Below are positions 20,145-31,590 of a stretch of DNA of 64,000 bases, one piece after another. Position numbers and translations under genes: made by a program. A model generated the notes under the pieces. That model saw only the letters and a list, made by a program, of their open reading frames with translations. It made no database searches and had not been told where the DNA came from. The DNA comes from an uncultured Clostridium sp. (GTDB lineage Bacteria > Bacillota > Clostridia > TANB77 > CAG-508), in the NCBI GenBank assembly GCA_900554815.1, contig USIO01000003.1:9462-73461 (forward strand), given 5' to 3'. Numbering within the stretch: the first letter of the stretch is position 1; the number at the start of each line of letters is the position of its first letter.

Positions 20145-21845
20145 CTAAAATAATTTCCATTTCATGCTAAACTTTGCTTGTGATCTTTTCTTTTTTACAT
20201 TTAAAAAATTTGCTCTAGCTTCTCTTTTCCATATAGGTGGTAAAAATGTAGAGGCTTTTGAAGCTTTCTCATTAATTGGCAAATAATGAGAAAGATAAGG
20301 AACTCCAAAAGACTTTAAATTAGAAAGAATAATAGAATGTATATAAATTCCTAGCCCAATTCCAAGCAATCCACATAAATAACCAAGAATAATATATAAA
20401 AATCTAAAAAATCTTAATGTAAATGAAAGCGAAAAGTCAGGAATGGCAAAAGAACAAATTCCTGTAATAGCAACAACAATAATTAAAATAGGGCTAACTA
20501 TATTTGCACTAACAGCAGCTTCTCCTAAAATTAGAGCCCCAACAATTCCAATAGTTGGACCAATTGGAGAAGGAACACGAAGACCAGCCTCACGAATTAA
20601 TTCAAATGCTATTTCCATAATTAATATCTCAAAAATAATAGGAAAAGGAACTGTTTCCCTAGAAGCAGCGATAGCAAAAAGCAATTCTGTAGGAATTAAT
20701 TCTTGATGATAATTTGTAATAGCAACATAAAGACCAGGTAAAAATAGGGCTAAAAAAGCAGCAATATACCTAATAACTCTTAATAAATTAGAATACTGAA
20801 ATTTTAAATTTAAGTCTTCGGGAGAAGATATAAAATCTACTAATACACCTGGCATAATTAATGCATAAGGGCTTCCATTAACAATAACTACAACTCTACC
20901 CTCAAGCAAATGATCAGCAGCTTTATCAGGCCTTTCTGTAGCAATTATTTCTGGAAAAACAACAGCATAATCATCCTGAATTAATTGCTCTAATTGTCCA
21001 GAAGATATTAAATAGTCAACATCTAAATTGTTAATTCTATATTTTACTTCTGCAACCAAACTATCATTAGCAATACTCTTCATATAACAAATTGCAATTT
21101 GAGTATTACTAATACTTCCAACTTTACTATTTTCAATAATTAAATCTTCATTGTTAACAATTCTTCTTAGCATGGAAGTATTTGTTCTAATTACCTCAAC
21201 AAAGGCTTCCTGAGAACCTCTTACTACAATTTCATTGTTAGGGTTACTTACACTTCTTGCCTTAAATCCTTTTACTTCTATGCTAAACGCATTATTTAAA
21301 GTCTCAACAAATAAAGCACAATTTCCAGAATTAACATCTGAAATAATTTTCTGAAATTCTTGCACTTTTGTAACACTATTTTGAGGTATTAAATTATTTA
21401 AAATATAGTCTGCCAAATCAAAACTTTTTTTCCTTCTAACCGTAATATTACTGCTAATAGCAACTTTAGCAATATTAGCTTCAAAAGTATTTGCCTCATT
21501 TCTAAGCATTAGAGGTTTTAAAACAAAATCATTTACAATTTTAGAATCTACCATACCATCAATGTAAAGTAAGAAGGCGGAATATCGTTTATTGTTAGCA
21601 AGTAATGTAAATTCTCTAATTTCAATATCACTATTTATTAGAGTATTATACTTGTACTTTAAATACTCCAAATTTACTTGGAGAGTTGGAAAAATATTCT
21701 TTTTTTCAATAGACATTTCGCTTTCAACTTTTTGGCTATTTAAATTCTCATCTGCTTCAGGCAAAGAAAAATCATAATTATGTTTTTCTCTATATACAAA
21801 AAGCTCTGAAAAAATATTAGTAATCTTTTGACTTATTTTTTTCAT
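20145..21845 (-). CDS. Spore germination protein, GerAA family
   Basis: Start MKKISQKITNIF follows GGAGA. The conserved C-terminal membrane domain PFPIIFEILIMEIAFELIREAGLRVPSPIGPTIGIVGALILGEAAV is typical of GerA. Confidence 0.85.
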   Translation of the reverse strand: MKKISQKITNIFSELFVYREKHNYDFSLPEADENLNSQKVESEMSIEKKNIFPTLQVNLEYLKYKYNTLINSDIEIREFTLLANNKRYSAFLLYIDGMVDSKIVNDFVLKPLMLRNEANTFEANIAKVAISSNITVRRKKSFDLADYILNNLIPQNSVTKVQEFQKIISDVNSGNCALFVETLNNAFSIEVKGFKARSVSNPNNEIVVRGSQEAFVEVIRTNTSMLRRIVNNEDLIIENSKVGSISNTQIAICYMKSIANDSLVAEVKYRINNLDVDYLISSGQLEQLIQDDYAVVFPEIIATERPDKAADHLLEGRVVVIVNGSPYALIMPGVLVDFISSPEDLNLKFQYSNLLRVIRYIAAFLALFLPGLYVAITNYHQELIPTELLFAIAASRETVPFPIIFEILIMEIAFELIREAGLRVPSPIGPTIGIVGALILGEAAVSANIVSPILIIVVAITGICSFAIPDFSLSFTLRFFRFLYIILGYLCGLLGIGLGIYIHSIILSNLKSFGVPYLSHYLPINEKASKASTFLPPIWKREARANFLNVKKKRSQAKFSMKWKLF

Positions 21846-22037
21846 ACATTCTCCATAAATACTATTTTTTAATAGTATTTTCCTTAAAATCAATAAATAT
21901 ACATATAAATACAATCATCACAAGAGCAAAATAAAGATTTATAAAAAAATATAAAAAAGAGTAATAAGTATTTATATTTTCTAATATAAATGTATTAAAG
22001 TTTATATTGTACAAACATTTTCAAGGGAGGAAGAATA

Positions 22038-23516
22038 ATGGAAAATGTAAATTTATATCAAGATATAGCCAATAGAACAGAAGGAGACATTTATATTGGT
22101 GTGGTTGGACCTGTTAGGACAGGTAAGTCTACATTTATAAAAAGATTTATGGACTTACTCGTTATTCCCAATATAGAAAATAGTTATAAAAAAGAAAGAG
22201 CAAGAGATGAATTACCACAAAGTGCTGCTGGTAAAACAATTATGACTACAGAGCCAAAATTTGTACCAAACGAGGCAGTTGAAATAACATTAGATGGAAA
22301 TTTAAAATTAAAAGCAAGATTAGTTGACTGTGTTGGATATTTAGTTAATAATGCATTGGGATATATGGAAGATGATGTTCCAAGAATGGTAAAAACACCT
22401 TGGGCAGAAGAAGAAATTCCATTTGAAACAGCAGCAGAAATGGGGACTAAAAAAGTTATTATGGAACATTCAACTATAGGAATATTGGTAACAACAGATG
22501 GAAGTATAACAGATATCCCAAGGGAAGATTATATAGAAGCAGAACAAAGAGTAGTTAACGAATTAAAAGCACTAAATAAGCCTTTTGTAATTGTATTAAA
22601 TACAGCTAATCCATATTCAGACTATGCTAGTGCACTAGCAAAAAAACTAGAAGAAAAATACAATGTACCGGTATTGCCAACAGATTGTGTTAACCTTAAC
22701 ATGGAAGATATTAATAACATTTTTGGAAAAATATTATATGAATTTCCAATAGAACAAATAAATATTAATTTCCCAAAATGGGTTGAAGGTCTAGATGATG
22801 CACATGCACTAAAAAAAGAACTATATAATGAAATTAAAGACGCTTTTTCTAATATTCATGTAATTAAGCAAATTCAAAATTCAATTAATCTAATAGAAAA
22901 AACAGAAATTATTAGCCATACCACTTTAGAAGAAGTAAAACTTGGAACAGGAAGTATAAGTGTATCTATACTATTAAAAGAAGAATTATTTTATAAGGTT
23001 TTAACAGAAATATCTGGAGTAGATGTAAGCAACGAGGGAGACCTATTTTCAATTATTACAGACTTGTCTTGTGTAAAAAAAGAATATGATAAAATTGCTT
23101 ATGCATTGCATGAGGTAAAACAAAAAGGATATGGAATTGTTTCTCCATCTATGGATGAACTAATATTAGATGAACCAGAAATGGTAAAGCAAGGCTCTAG
23201 ATTTGGAGTAAAGCTAAAAGCAAAAGCACCATCAATACACATGATAAGAGCAGACATAGAAACAGAGGTATCTCCAATTGTTGGAAGTGAAAAGCAGTCA
23301 GAGGAATTAGTAAACTATTTATTATCGGAATTTGAAAGTGATCCAAAGAAAATATGGGAATCAAACATATTTGGAAAAAGCCTACACGAATTAGTAAATG
23401 AAGGATTACAAAATAAACTATATAGGATGCCAGAAGATGCACAAGAAAAAATACAAGAAACCTTAGAAAGAATAGTAAACGAAGGAAGCGGAGGCTTAAT
23501 ATGCATTATATTATAA
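22038..23516 (+). CDS. spoIVA: Stage IV sporulation protein A (spore coat morphogenetic ATPase)
   Basis: IYIGVVGPVRTGKSTFIKRFM Walker A. 492 aa. C-terminus GGLICIIL. Confidence 0.95.
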   Translation: MENVNLYQDIANRTEGDIYIGVVGPVRTGKSTFIKRFMDLLVIPNIENSYKKERARDELPQSAAGKTIMTTEPKFVPNEAVEITLDGNLKLKARLVDCVGYLVNNALGYMEDDVPRMVKTPWAEEEIPFETAAEMGTKKVIMEHSTIGILVTTDGSITDIPREDYIEAEQRVVNELKALNKPFVIVLNTANPYSDYASALAKKLEEKYNVPVLPTDCVNLNMEDINNIFGKILYEFPIEQININFPKWVEGLDDAHALKKELYNEIKDAFSNIHVIKQIQNSINLIEKTEIISHTTLEEVKLGTGSISVSILLKEELFYKVLTEISGVDVSNEGDLFSIITDLSCVKKEYDKIAYALHEVKQKGYGIVSPSMDELILDEPEMVKQGSRFGVKLKAKAPSIHMIRADIETEVSPIVGSEKQSEELVNYLLSEFESDPKKIWESNIFGKSLHELVNEGLQNKLYRMPEDAQEKIQETLERIVNEGSGGLICIIL

Positions 23517-23785
23517 CCTATTAAGCTTTTAAATATAAAAGACTCTTTTTAATCAACTAAGAGAGTCTTTTTATATTGTGATTTTATAGTAATTAAAACA
23601 GGCAAAATTAAAAATTAAATACTGCAAAATTTTAACTAATAAAAGGTGCATAAACCATTAACGAAAAATGTCGAAAACTTCTTATTTTTTGATAAAACTT
23701 CCCAAGTTTTGCTATTGGAAAATAATGGTAACAATAGTATAATAACATATATAAAAACAAAAAGAATATTTAGGAGGAAAAACTA

Positions 23786-24118
23786 ATGGAAACAAAATGG
23801 ATAGAAGTGGACAGGCTTCTAATTGTAAAGCTGAAAGAGGAAATTGACCATCATGTAGCAGAAAAAATAAGGAGGAAGGTAGATTATGAAATTCAAAGAT
23901 ATTTGCCTAAAAAAGTTATATTTGATTTTAGTAGTGTTAACTTTATGGACAGTGCAGGGATAGGAATGATAATAGGAAGATATAAATTGATTTCCATGTT
24001 TGGAGCTATAATGGAAATACATAATGTATGTATACAAATACAAAAAATTCTACAAATGAGTGGAGTAACAAATTTAGTCAAAGTTTGTATAGAAGAGGAG
24101 GAAATAAAACATGCCTGA
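23786..24118 (+). CDS. spoIIAA: Anti-sigma-F factor antagonist SpoIIAA (STAS domain)
   Basis: 110-aa ORF with [15 protein letters not shown]. First gene of the spoIIA operon. Confidence 0.9.
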   Translation: METKWIEVDRLLIVKLKEEIDHHVAEKIRRKVDYEIQRYLPKKVIFDFSSVNFMDSAGIGMIIGRYKLISMFGAIMEIHNVCIQIQKILQMSGVTNLVKVCIEEEEIKHA

Positions 24119-24557
24119 TAATGAAATGAAATTAGAATTTTTAAGTAAATCAAATAATGAAGCTTTTGCGCGTATAACAGTAGCAGCATTTGCATCTCAA
24201 TTAGACCCAACAATAGAAGAACTAGCAGATATAAAAACAGCAGTATCAGAAGCTGTTACAAATAGTATTATTCATGCTTATGATGGAAAAGATGGAATTG
24301 TAAAAATTGCTTGTAAATTAATTGACAATTGCATACAAATAGAAATATCTGATACTGGAAAAGGAATAGAAGATATTGAAACAGCAAAACAGCCATTATT
24401 TACTTCTAAACCCGATTTAGAAAGGTCTGGAATGGGATTTACAATTATGGAAAGCTTTATGGATGACATGAAAGTTGAATCTATTTTAGGACTGGGAACA
24501 AAAGTTACTTTAAAAAAGACAATAAAAACAAAACAAGGAGTTTCTACATATGTATGA
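24111..24557 (+). CDS. spoIIAB: Anti-sigma-F factor SpoIIAB (serine kinase)
   Basis: HATPase motifs [14 protein letters not shown] and [10 protein letters not shown]...[10 protein letters not shown]. Overlaps both neighbouring genes. Confidence 0.9.
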   Translation: MPDNEMKLEFLSKSNNEAFARITVAAFASQLDPTIEELADIKTAVSEAVTNSIIHAYDGKDGIVKIACKLIDNCIQIEISDTGKGIEDIETAKQPLFTSKPDLERSGMGFTIMESFMDDMKVESILGLGTKVTLKKTIKTKQGVSTYV

Positions 24558-25260
24558 AAATACTACAGAACTAATTATAAATGCCCAAAAAAATAAAGAA
24601 GGGGCAATGGATAATTTAATAACACAAAATTCTGGACTTATTTGGAGCATTGTAAAGAGATTTGGTGGCAGAGGATATGACAAAGAAGATCTTTATCAAA
24701 TAGGATGTATGGGATTTATAAAAGCAATAAAAAGATTTGATACTAAATTTAGCGTAAAAATTTCCACATATGCAGTTCCATATATATTAGGAGAAATTAA
24801 AAGATTTTTAAGAGATGATAATCCAATTAAAGCCAGTAGAAGTGTTAAAGAATTATCTACTAAGATAAAAAAAATTAAACAAGACTATTTTACAAAAACA
24901 GGAGAAGAAATTAGTGTTCACAAAATTGCAGAAATTTTAAATACAACAAAAGAAGAAATTGCTATAGCAATTGGATATATAAACCCAATAGAATCAATTG
25001 ATGAGGCAGCAGAAGACGAACAAATAAAAATAGAAAAAATTAATATAGGAAAAGATGAAGCAACACAAATTGTTGAAAAAATGGCATTAAAAGAAATAAT
25101 TGAAAATTTAGATACAAAAGAAAGACAAATTATTATTTTAAGATATTTTAGAGATAAAACACAAAGCCAAGTCGCAAAAATGATTGGAACAACACAAGTA
25201 CAAGTGTCAAGAATAGAAAAAAAGGTATTAAATTCCATGAGGGAAAAATTAATTAGTTAA
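24550..25260 (+). CDS. sigF: RNA polymerase sporulation sigma factor F
   Basis: Sigma-70 regions 2 to 4 ([18 protein letters not shown]; [21 protein letters not shown]). Operon position after spoIIAB. Confidence 0.9.
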   Translation: MYENTTELIINAQKNKEGAMDNLITQNSGLIWSIVKRFGGRGYDKEDLYQIGCMGFIKAIKRFDTKFSVKISTYAVPYILGEIKRFLRDDNPIKASRSVKELSTKIKKIKQDYFTKTGEEISVHKIAEILNTTKEEIAIAIGYINPIESIDEAAEDEQIKIEKINIGKDEATQIVEKMALKEIIENLDTKERQIIILRYFRDKTQSQVAKMIGTTQVQVSRIEKKVLNSMREKLIS

Positions 25261-25278
25261 AAAACAGGAGGTAATTTT

Positions 25279-26271
25279 TTGCGAAAAATATTCTTAATGC
25301 TAATAGGTGCTATTTTTTTGTGCTTTTTATTCCCAATACTATTTACAAATAAATTTTCAAATCAGCAAACAGCAACAGAACCACAAGAACAAAACACACA
25401 AATCGAAAGCAATAATTCTACTAAATTTAGTGTAGTAAAGCTATTACATGCAGATACTGGCCAAATAGAAGAAATTCCTATAGATACTTATTTATACGGA
25501 GTAGTATCTGCCGAAATGCCAGCAGACTTTGAGATGGAAGCATTAAAGGCACAAGCAATAGTTGCAAGAACTTACACAATATATAAAGCAAATACAAACC
25601 AGCTAAAACACGGAGAAGCTAATATTTGCGATAAATCTACTTGCTGCCAAGCATGGATTTCAAAACAAGATAGACTAGCTAGATGGGAAGAAGATGTAAA
25701 ACAAACAAACTGGGAAAAAATAGTTAATGCAGTAGATAGCACAAAAGGAAAAATTATTACATATGATGGAGAGCCTATTAATGCTTTTTTTCATTCAAAT
25801 AGTGGAGGAGCAACCGAAGTTCCATTAAATGTTTGGGGAGGTAGCGGATACCCATATTTACAAACTGTAGAAACTGCAGGAGAAGATGCTTATTCCCAAT
25901 ATTCATCAGAAGTAGAATATACACAAGAAGAATTATTGCAAAAATTAAAAGATAACTTTTCTAATGTAGAAATCAATTTTGAAATTCCAGAAGACATTTT
26001 AATATTAGAAAGAACACAAGGAAATCGTGTACAATCTGTTAAATTCGGAAGTATAACAATGTCTGGAGTGGAAGCAAGAAATATATTTAAATTAAGATCT
26101 GCAAATTTTACAATTGAACAAAAAGACGGAAAAATAAAGTTCAAAGTAATTGGATATGGTCATGGTGTAGGAATGAGTCAAACTGGGGCAGATAGCCTAG
26201 CAAAGCAAGGAAAAACAGCAGAAGATATTATAAAACACTATTATACAGGAGTGGAAATTGTTAATTATTAA
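25279..26271 (+). CDS. spoIID: SpoIID/LytB-domain protein (stage II sporulation protein D-like)
   Basis: TTG start. ALKAQAIVARTYT, CDKSTCCQAW, FHSNSGGATE and GHGVGMSQTGA motifs. Confidence 0.85.
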   Translation: MRKIFLMLIGAIFLCFLFPILFTNKFSNQQTATEPQEQNTQIESNNSTKFSVVKLLHADTGQIEEIPIDTYLYGVVSAEMPADFEMEALKAQAIVARTYTIYKANTNQLKHGEANICDKSTCCQAWISKQDRLARWEEDVKQTNWEKIVNAVDSTKGKIITYDGEPINAFFHSNSGGATEVPLNVWGGSGYPYLQTVETAGEDAYSQYSSEVEYTQEELLQKLKDNFSNVEINFEIPEDILILERTQGNRVQSVKFGSITMSGVEARNIFKLRSANFTIEQKDGKIKFKVIGYGHGVGMSQTGADSLAKQGKTAEDIIKHYYTGVEIVNY

Positions 26272-26328
26272 ATGTATAAATTACCCAAAAAAGGAAATAA
26301 TGATTATATAAAATTTTAGGAGGGTAAT

Positions 26329-27189
26329 ATGAGAAGAAAAAGAAGAATGGGAAATTCAGACAATGGATTTAAAAAAATAATGTATATATCTGGTGCAGTA
26401 TTATTAGTAACAATAGTTGCATTTATTACAGTAATTATTGTGTATAATAACAAGGTAAAAAGCCAATCACGAGTTAGTATGCTAAATGCTAACAAAATAA
26501 CAGAACTTGTTCCAAGCATTTCAACACAAAATGATACAACTTCAGCCAGTACATCTATTGGCAAAACAATAAATGAAGTAAATGAGAAAAATATTACTAA
26601 AAATAATGTTACTTTAAACACTACTACAAATACAAATACAAATACTAATACTAACACTAACACTAACACTAACACCAATACTAATACTAGTACAGAAAAC
26701 AATCAAATAACAAATAACACAAAAAACAATATAACAAGTAATTCAAATAATACAGAAAAAATTGAAGAAACAAAAAAGGAATTAAAGTTTAAAATGCCTG
26801 TGGAAGGAGAAATAATAAAAGAATTTTCAAAAGATACATTAGTATATTCCGAAACTTTAAAAGAATGGATAACACACTTAGGAATTGATATAAAAGCGGA
26901 AAAAACAAGTGTTGTAAAAGCAGCAGAAGCAGGAACCGTTAAATCAATTAAAAACGACCCAAGGTATGGATTAACAGTAATTTTAGAACATGAAGATGGA
27001 TATAAAACGATTTACTCTAACCTTTTAACAGCAGAATTTGTTTCAGAAGGAGAAGTAATTGAACAAGGGCAAGCCGTTGGAACAGTTGGAAATACAGCAA
27101 CATTTGAAATAGCAGATGATCCGCATTTACACTTTGAAATTTTAAAAGACGGAGAATACTTAGACCCAAATATTTATTTAGAACAATGA
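26329..27189 (+). CDS. Membrane-anchored M23 metallopeptidase with a Thr-Asn repeat linker (SpoIIQ-like position)
   Basis: N-terminal TM segment, a TNTNTN... linker, HLGIDI (HxxxD) and HLHFEI (HxH) motifs. Confidence 0.8.
   Translation: MRRKRRMGNSDNGFKKIMYISGAVLLVTIVAFITVIIVYNNKVKSQSRVSMLNANKITELVPSISTQNDTTSASTSIGKTINEVNEKNITKNNVTLNTTTNTNTNTNTNTNTNTNTNTNTSTENNQITNNTKNNITSNSNNTEKIEETKKELKFKMPVEGEIIKEFSKDTLVYSETLKEWITHLGIDIKAEKTSVVKAAEAGTVKSIKNDPRYGLTVILEHEDGYKTIYSNLLTAEFVSEGEVIEQGQAVGTVGNTATFEIADDPHLHFEILKDGEYLDPNIYLEQ
26626..26691 (+). repeat. Imperfect hexanucleotide tandem repeat (ACNAAY) x11 encoding (Thr-Asn)n
   Basis: acaaat acaaat acaaat actaat actaac actaac actaac actaac accaat actaat actagt. 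Confidence 0.9.
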
Positions 27190-27191
27190 AA

Positions 27192-27235
27192 AATAATAGA
27201 TTGAAATTACAAATTTGTAATTTCAATCTATTATT
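27192..27235. terminator. Perfect 22/22 palindromic hairpin, a bidirectional terminator
   Basis: AATAATAGATTGAAATTACAAA | TTTGTAATTTCAATCTATTATT between convergent genes. Confidence 0.75.
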
Positions 27236-27256
27236 AGTATTAGAAATAAAAAAATT

Positions 27257-27685
27257 TTATAACCAATTTTTTAATATTTCCACATCATGTTCTTGCTCTT
27301 TTACAAAATCATCTAAAATTAACTTAACATTTTCACTTAAGTTTTTATTTTGATTTAAAAGCTTTCTACCTTCAATAATACCCATATTAGTTCCTTGTAT
27401 TAACATTTCCGAAATTTTAGAATTACTTTTATCTGTCAAAGTTCCCATTTGAATACTTGTCCACCCCATTACTTTTTGAGCAGGAGAAGTATCATCAGCT
27501 TGTTGTCCAGATTTTGAAAATTCATGGTTAACCCTATTTAAAATTTTTCCATATTGCTTATATTGTTTATCTAAAACTTGCCTAAATTCTTCATCTCCAA
27601 CTTTAGATTTAACAACACTAATGGATTCCATCCCCATTACAAGTCCTTTATGCACTTCATTTAACACAAATAAATTATTTTCCAT
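27257..27685 (-). CDS. Small helical protein, possibly a DUF2383/ferritin-like four-helix bundle (tentative)
   Basis: 142-aa ORF with a GGAGG RBS. The family call is from memory only. Confidence 0.45.
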   Translation of the reverse strand: MENNLFVLNEVHKGLVMGMESISVVKSKVGDEEFRQVLDKQYKQYGKILNRVNHEFSKSGQQADDTSPAQKVMGWTSIQMGTLTDKSNSKISEMLIQGTNMGIIEGRKLLNQNKNLSENVKLILDDFVKEQEHDVEILKNWL

Positions 27686-27823
27686 AATTATAACCTCCTA
27701 AAAATCTGAATTTAAAGCAAAAACATAAAGTATAACAATATTATTCGCAAAATTTGGAAAAATATTTACAAATTTTGTAGAAAAATATATACTAAAAATA
27801 AACTATTAAAAAAAGGAGCAAAT

Positions 27824-30800
27824 ATGAACTGGACACAAGAACAATTACAAGCAATTGAAAAAAAAGATAATAATATTTTAGTTGCAGCAGCAGCACGGAA
27901 GTGGAAAAACTGCAGTTTTAGTAGAGCGCATTATTAGAAAAATTATAGAGCAAAAAATAAATATTGACCAGTTACTTATTGTTACATTTACAAATGCTGC
28001 AGCAAGCCAAATACGAGAAAAAATTTTAAATGCTATTTACAAAAAATTAGAAGATACACCAAACGATGAACACTTAAAAAAGCAAACTATACTAATTCAT
28101 AAAGCAAATATATCTACTATTCATGCTTTTTGCTTAGAAATAATTAGAAATAATTTTTTTGAAATGGGTATTTCTGCTAATTTTAGAATTGGAGATGCAA
28201 CAGAAATAGAAATTTTAAAACAAGAAGCAATAGAAAATGTATTTGAAAATAAATATAGCATAAAAGATAGAGATTTTGAAAAACTATTAGACTGCTATGC
28301 AAATTATAAATCAGATGATGGTCTAAAAGAAATTATATTTAAAATATATGAATTTATACAAGCTTGTCCTTTCCCAAACCAATGGCTAGAAGAAAAAATA
28401 GAAGAATTCAACTTAAAAGGAAAACTAGAAACAGATTTTGCAAATACAAAATGGGGAAAAATAATTTTGATAAATTTTAAAGAAGAAATTTTAGGTTTAA
28501 TTATGAGACTTAAAGTGCTAAAAAACAAACTAAACAATTACCCAGAAATGAAAAAATTTTATGCAGTTATTTGTGAGGACATTATAAATTTAGAAAATAT
28601 TTATGAACATTCAGATAACTGGGAAAAGGCAAGGCAACTATCTTTAGATATTAACTTTTCTAGATGGCCAACAGATAAAAATGTAACAATGGATTTAAAG
28701 GATATTGCAAAACAAACAAGAAAAAAAATAAAAGACGATTTTGGAAAAATTTCAGAGAAATTATTATTATATACTTCGCGGAGAAGCAAATGAAGATATA
28801 AATTCTATGTACGAAATATTAAAAAATTTGAAAGACATTATTATAGAATTTGAAGAAGAATATGCAAAATTAAAAAGAGAAAAAAATGTAATAGATTTTA
28901 ATGATATTGAGCATTTTGCTCTTAAAACATTAGTGAAAAAGGAAAACGAAAAATATGTGCCAGCAGATGTGGCAAAATCTTATCAAGAAAAATTTACAGA
29001 AATTGCAATTGACGAATACCAAGACAGTAATCTAATACAAGAGTATATTTTAAACACTATATCTAGAAATAATAACTTGTTTATGGTTGGAGATGTAAAA
29101 CAAAGTATTTACAAGTTTAGGCAAGCAAGACCAGAACTATTTTTAGAAAAATACAATACATATGGAGATGGAAGCGGAATAAAAATTAAACTTTTTAAGA
29201 ATTTTAGGAGTAGGCAAGAAATATTAGATCTTACAAATATAGTATTTAATAATATTATGTCAAAACAGTTAGGAGACATTGATTATACTAAAGAAGAGTA
29301 TTTAAACTTAGGAGCACAATATCCAATTTCAGAATTAAATGTTAATTATGATTGTAAACCAGAAATTCATGTAATAAATTGTTGCCAAGAAGAAAAAGAA
29401 GAAATTGAACCAATAGAAAATGATGAAATAGAAGCAAAATTTGTAGCAGATAAAATAGAAAAGATGTTAAACAGCAATTATATGGTTTGGGATAGAGAAA
29501 AAAATACTTATAGAAAGTTAGAATATAAAGACATTGTTATATTACTAAGATCTGCAAATAGTTTATCAAACATTTATGAAAAAGAAATTAGCCAAAAAGG
29601 ATATCCAGTTTATAGTGAAGCAACAGCAGAGTATTTAGATTCAAACGAGATTAGCACAATTATTGCAATATTAAAAATTATAGATAATCCAAACCAAGAT
29701 ATAGAGCTAGTTACAGTTTTAAGGTCACCAATTTATTCATTTACAGATAATGAGCTAATTGAAATAAGACTTTTTTCTAAAAAAGGAAGTTTTTATGATG
29801 CGCTAAAAATAGCAAGAAAAGAAGCAAAAGAAAACTTAAAACAAAAAATAGAACAATGCATGCAACAAATAGATCAACTTCGCCAAGAGCAAGAATATAT
29901 GCCATTGGATGAATTTATTTGGCACATTTATTCTGTTACTGGTTATGACAGCTATGTTAGTCTTATGCCAAATGGAGAATTAAGACTAGCTAATTTAAGA
30001 ATGCTTTTTGAACAAGCTCAAAAATATGAACAAACTAATTTTAAAGGACTATATAATTTTATTAATTTTATTTAAAAAATAAAAAAAAGTAATTCAGACA
30101 TTGGGGCAGCTAAAATTATTGGAGAAAATGATAATGTTATTAGAATTATGAGTATTCATAAAAGTAAAGGACTGGAATTCCCTGTTGTATTTTTATGCAG
30201 TACTGCTAAAAATATAAATATGCAAGATTTAAATGAAAGCATATTGCTTCATCAAGAAATTGGATTAGGTCCACAATATATTAATCATGCAAGGAAAATA
30301 GAATATGCAACATTAGCAAAAGAGGCAATAAAAATAAAATCTATGAATGAAGTAACTGCTGAGGAAATGAGAATTTTATATGTAGCATTAACAAGAGCAA
30401 AAGAAAAACTAATAATTACAGGAGTAGAAAAAGATGCTGAAAAAGCACTAGACGAAAAACAACAAATTCTAAATAGTACTGAAAATAAAATAAATGTGCA
30501 AATATTAAAAAAATATAAATCATATTTAGATTGGTTAGAATTTGTATATTTAAAAGAAAAACTAAATTTTAATATAGAATTTACAGTTGAAAATAAAAAT
30601 ACATTTTTTCAATTAAAAGAAAAAAACAATGAACATAATGAAATCTATTTGGAAAAAGCAGAAGTATCTAAAGAAATAAAAGACTTATTGAATTGGAAAT
30701 ATCCTAGAGAAGAAGCCACTAAGATAATAAGCAAAACAAGTGTTACAGGATTAAAAGAAATAGAAAATAAACAGGAAAAACAAATTATTCCAAAAGCCAC

Positions 30801-31350
30801 AATCAACCCACCAAAATTTTTGCAAATGGAACAAAAAATAACAAATGCCGAAATTGGTACAGCAACACATTTTATTTTACAGAAATTAAATTTAAAAAAG
30901 GAACATACAAAAGAAGAACTTAATAATTTTATAGAAGAATTGGTAATAAAAAATTTATTAACTATAAAACAAGCAAAATCGATTAATCAAGATAAAATCT
31001 TTAATTTTTTAAAATCTGAAATAGCCAAAAAAGTAAGAAAAGCACAATCAATATACCAAGAAGTGCCATTTTATATTAATTTAAAAGCAAACGAAATTTA
31101 TGATACAAATATAGAAGACACTATTTTAGTACAAGGAATTATTGATTTATATTTTATAGATAATAATAAAGATATAATATTGGTAGATTATAAAACAGAT
31201 TATGTGGAAAATAAAAAAGAAGAAATATTAGTTGAAAAATATAAAAAGCAGATAGAAATTTATGAAAGAGCAATACAAGAAGCAACTAATCAAAATGTTA
31301 AAGAAAAGTATATATATTCTCTATATTTAAATAAGGCAATAAGAGTATAA
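27824..31350 (+). CDS. addA: ATP-dependent helicase/nuclease AddA (UvrD-like helicase plus PD-(D/E)XK nuclease); two CGG +1 sites and one in-frame TAA
   Basis: MNWTQEQLQAIEKKDNNILVAAAA-(C27896)-GSGKTAVLVERI (motif I). ...LLLYTS-(C28779)-GEANEDINS. TAA at 30073-30075 interrupts [46 protein letters not shown] in the same frame. C-terminal nuclease motif GIIDLYF...LVDYKTD. Confidence 0.8.
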
Positions 31351-31365
31351 ATTTTTAACAAGACA

Positions 31366-31590
31366 CTACTTATACTGTATAAGCAATCAGTTGTAAAATA
31401 TTCTTTAAAATATGGAGTGACAAAAGCAGCAATAAAATTTGAAATGCATAGAAAAACGATATATAGATGGAGAGAAAAATATGATGGTACAGCACAATCA
31501 TTAAAAAATAAATCAAGAAGACCACATAGTCATCCAAATCAACATACAGAAGAAGAAATAAAAATGATAAAAAATTACAAAAACAAATGA
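31366..31590 (+). mobile_element. Transposase remnant (N-terminal HTH portion of an IS3/IS481-like transposase), truncated at both ends
   Basis: Open frame with no start codon: ...YKQSVVKYSLKYGVTKAAIKFEMHRKTIYRWREKYDGTAQSLKNKSRRPHSHPNQHTEEEIKMIKNYKNK*. No catalytic domain and no inverted repeats seen. Confidence 0.6.

Noticed and set aside
26626-26691. Possible CRISPR array or other spaced repeats
   Set aside because: The repeats in the window are contiguous 6-nt or 2-nt tandem repeats without spacers. No array of 25-40-nt direct repeats was seen anywhere.
26316-26702. Minus-strand ORF with a VLVLVLVL repeat
   Set aside because: Reverse-complement reading of the Thr-Asn hexanucleotide repeat inside the M23 peptidase gene.
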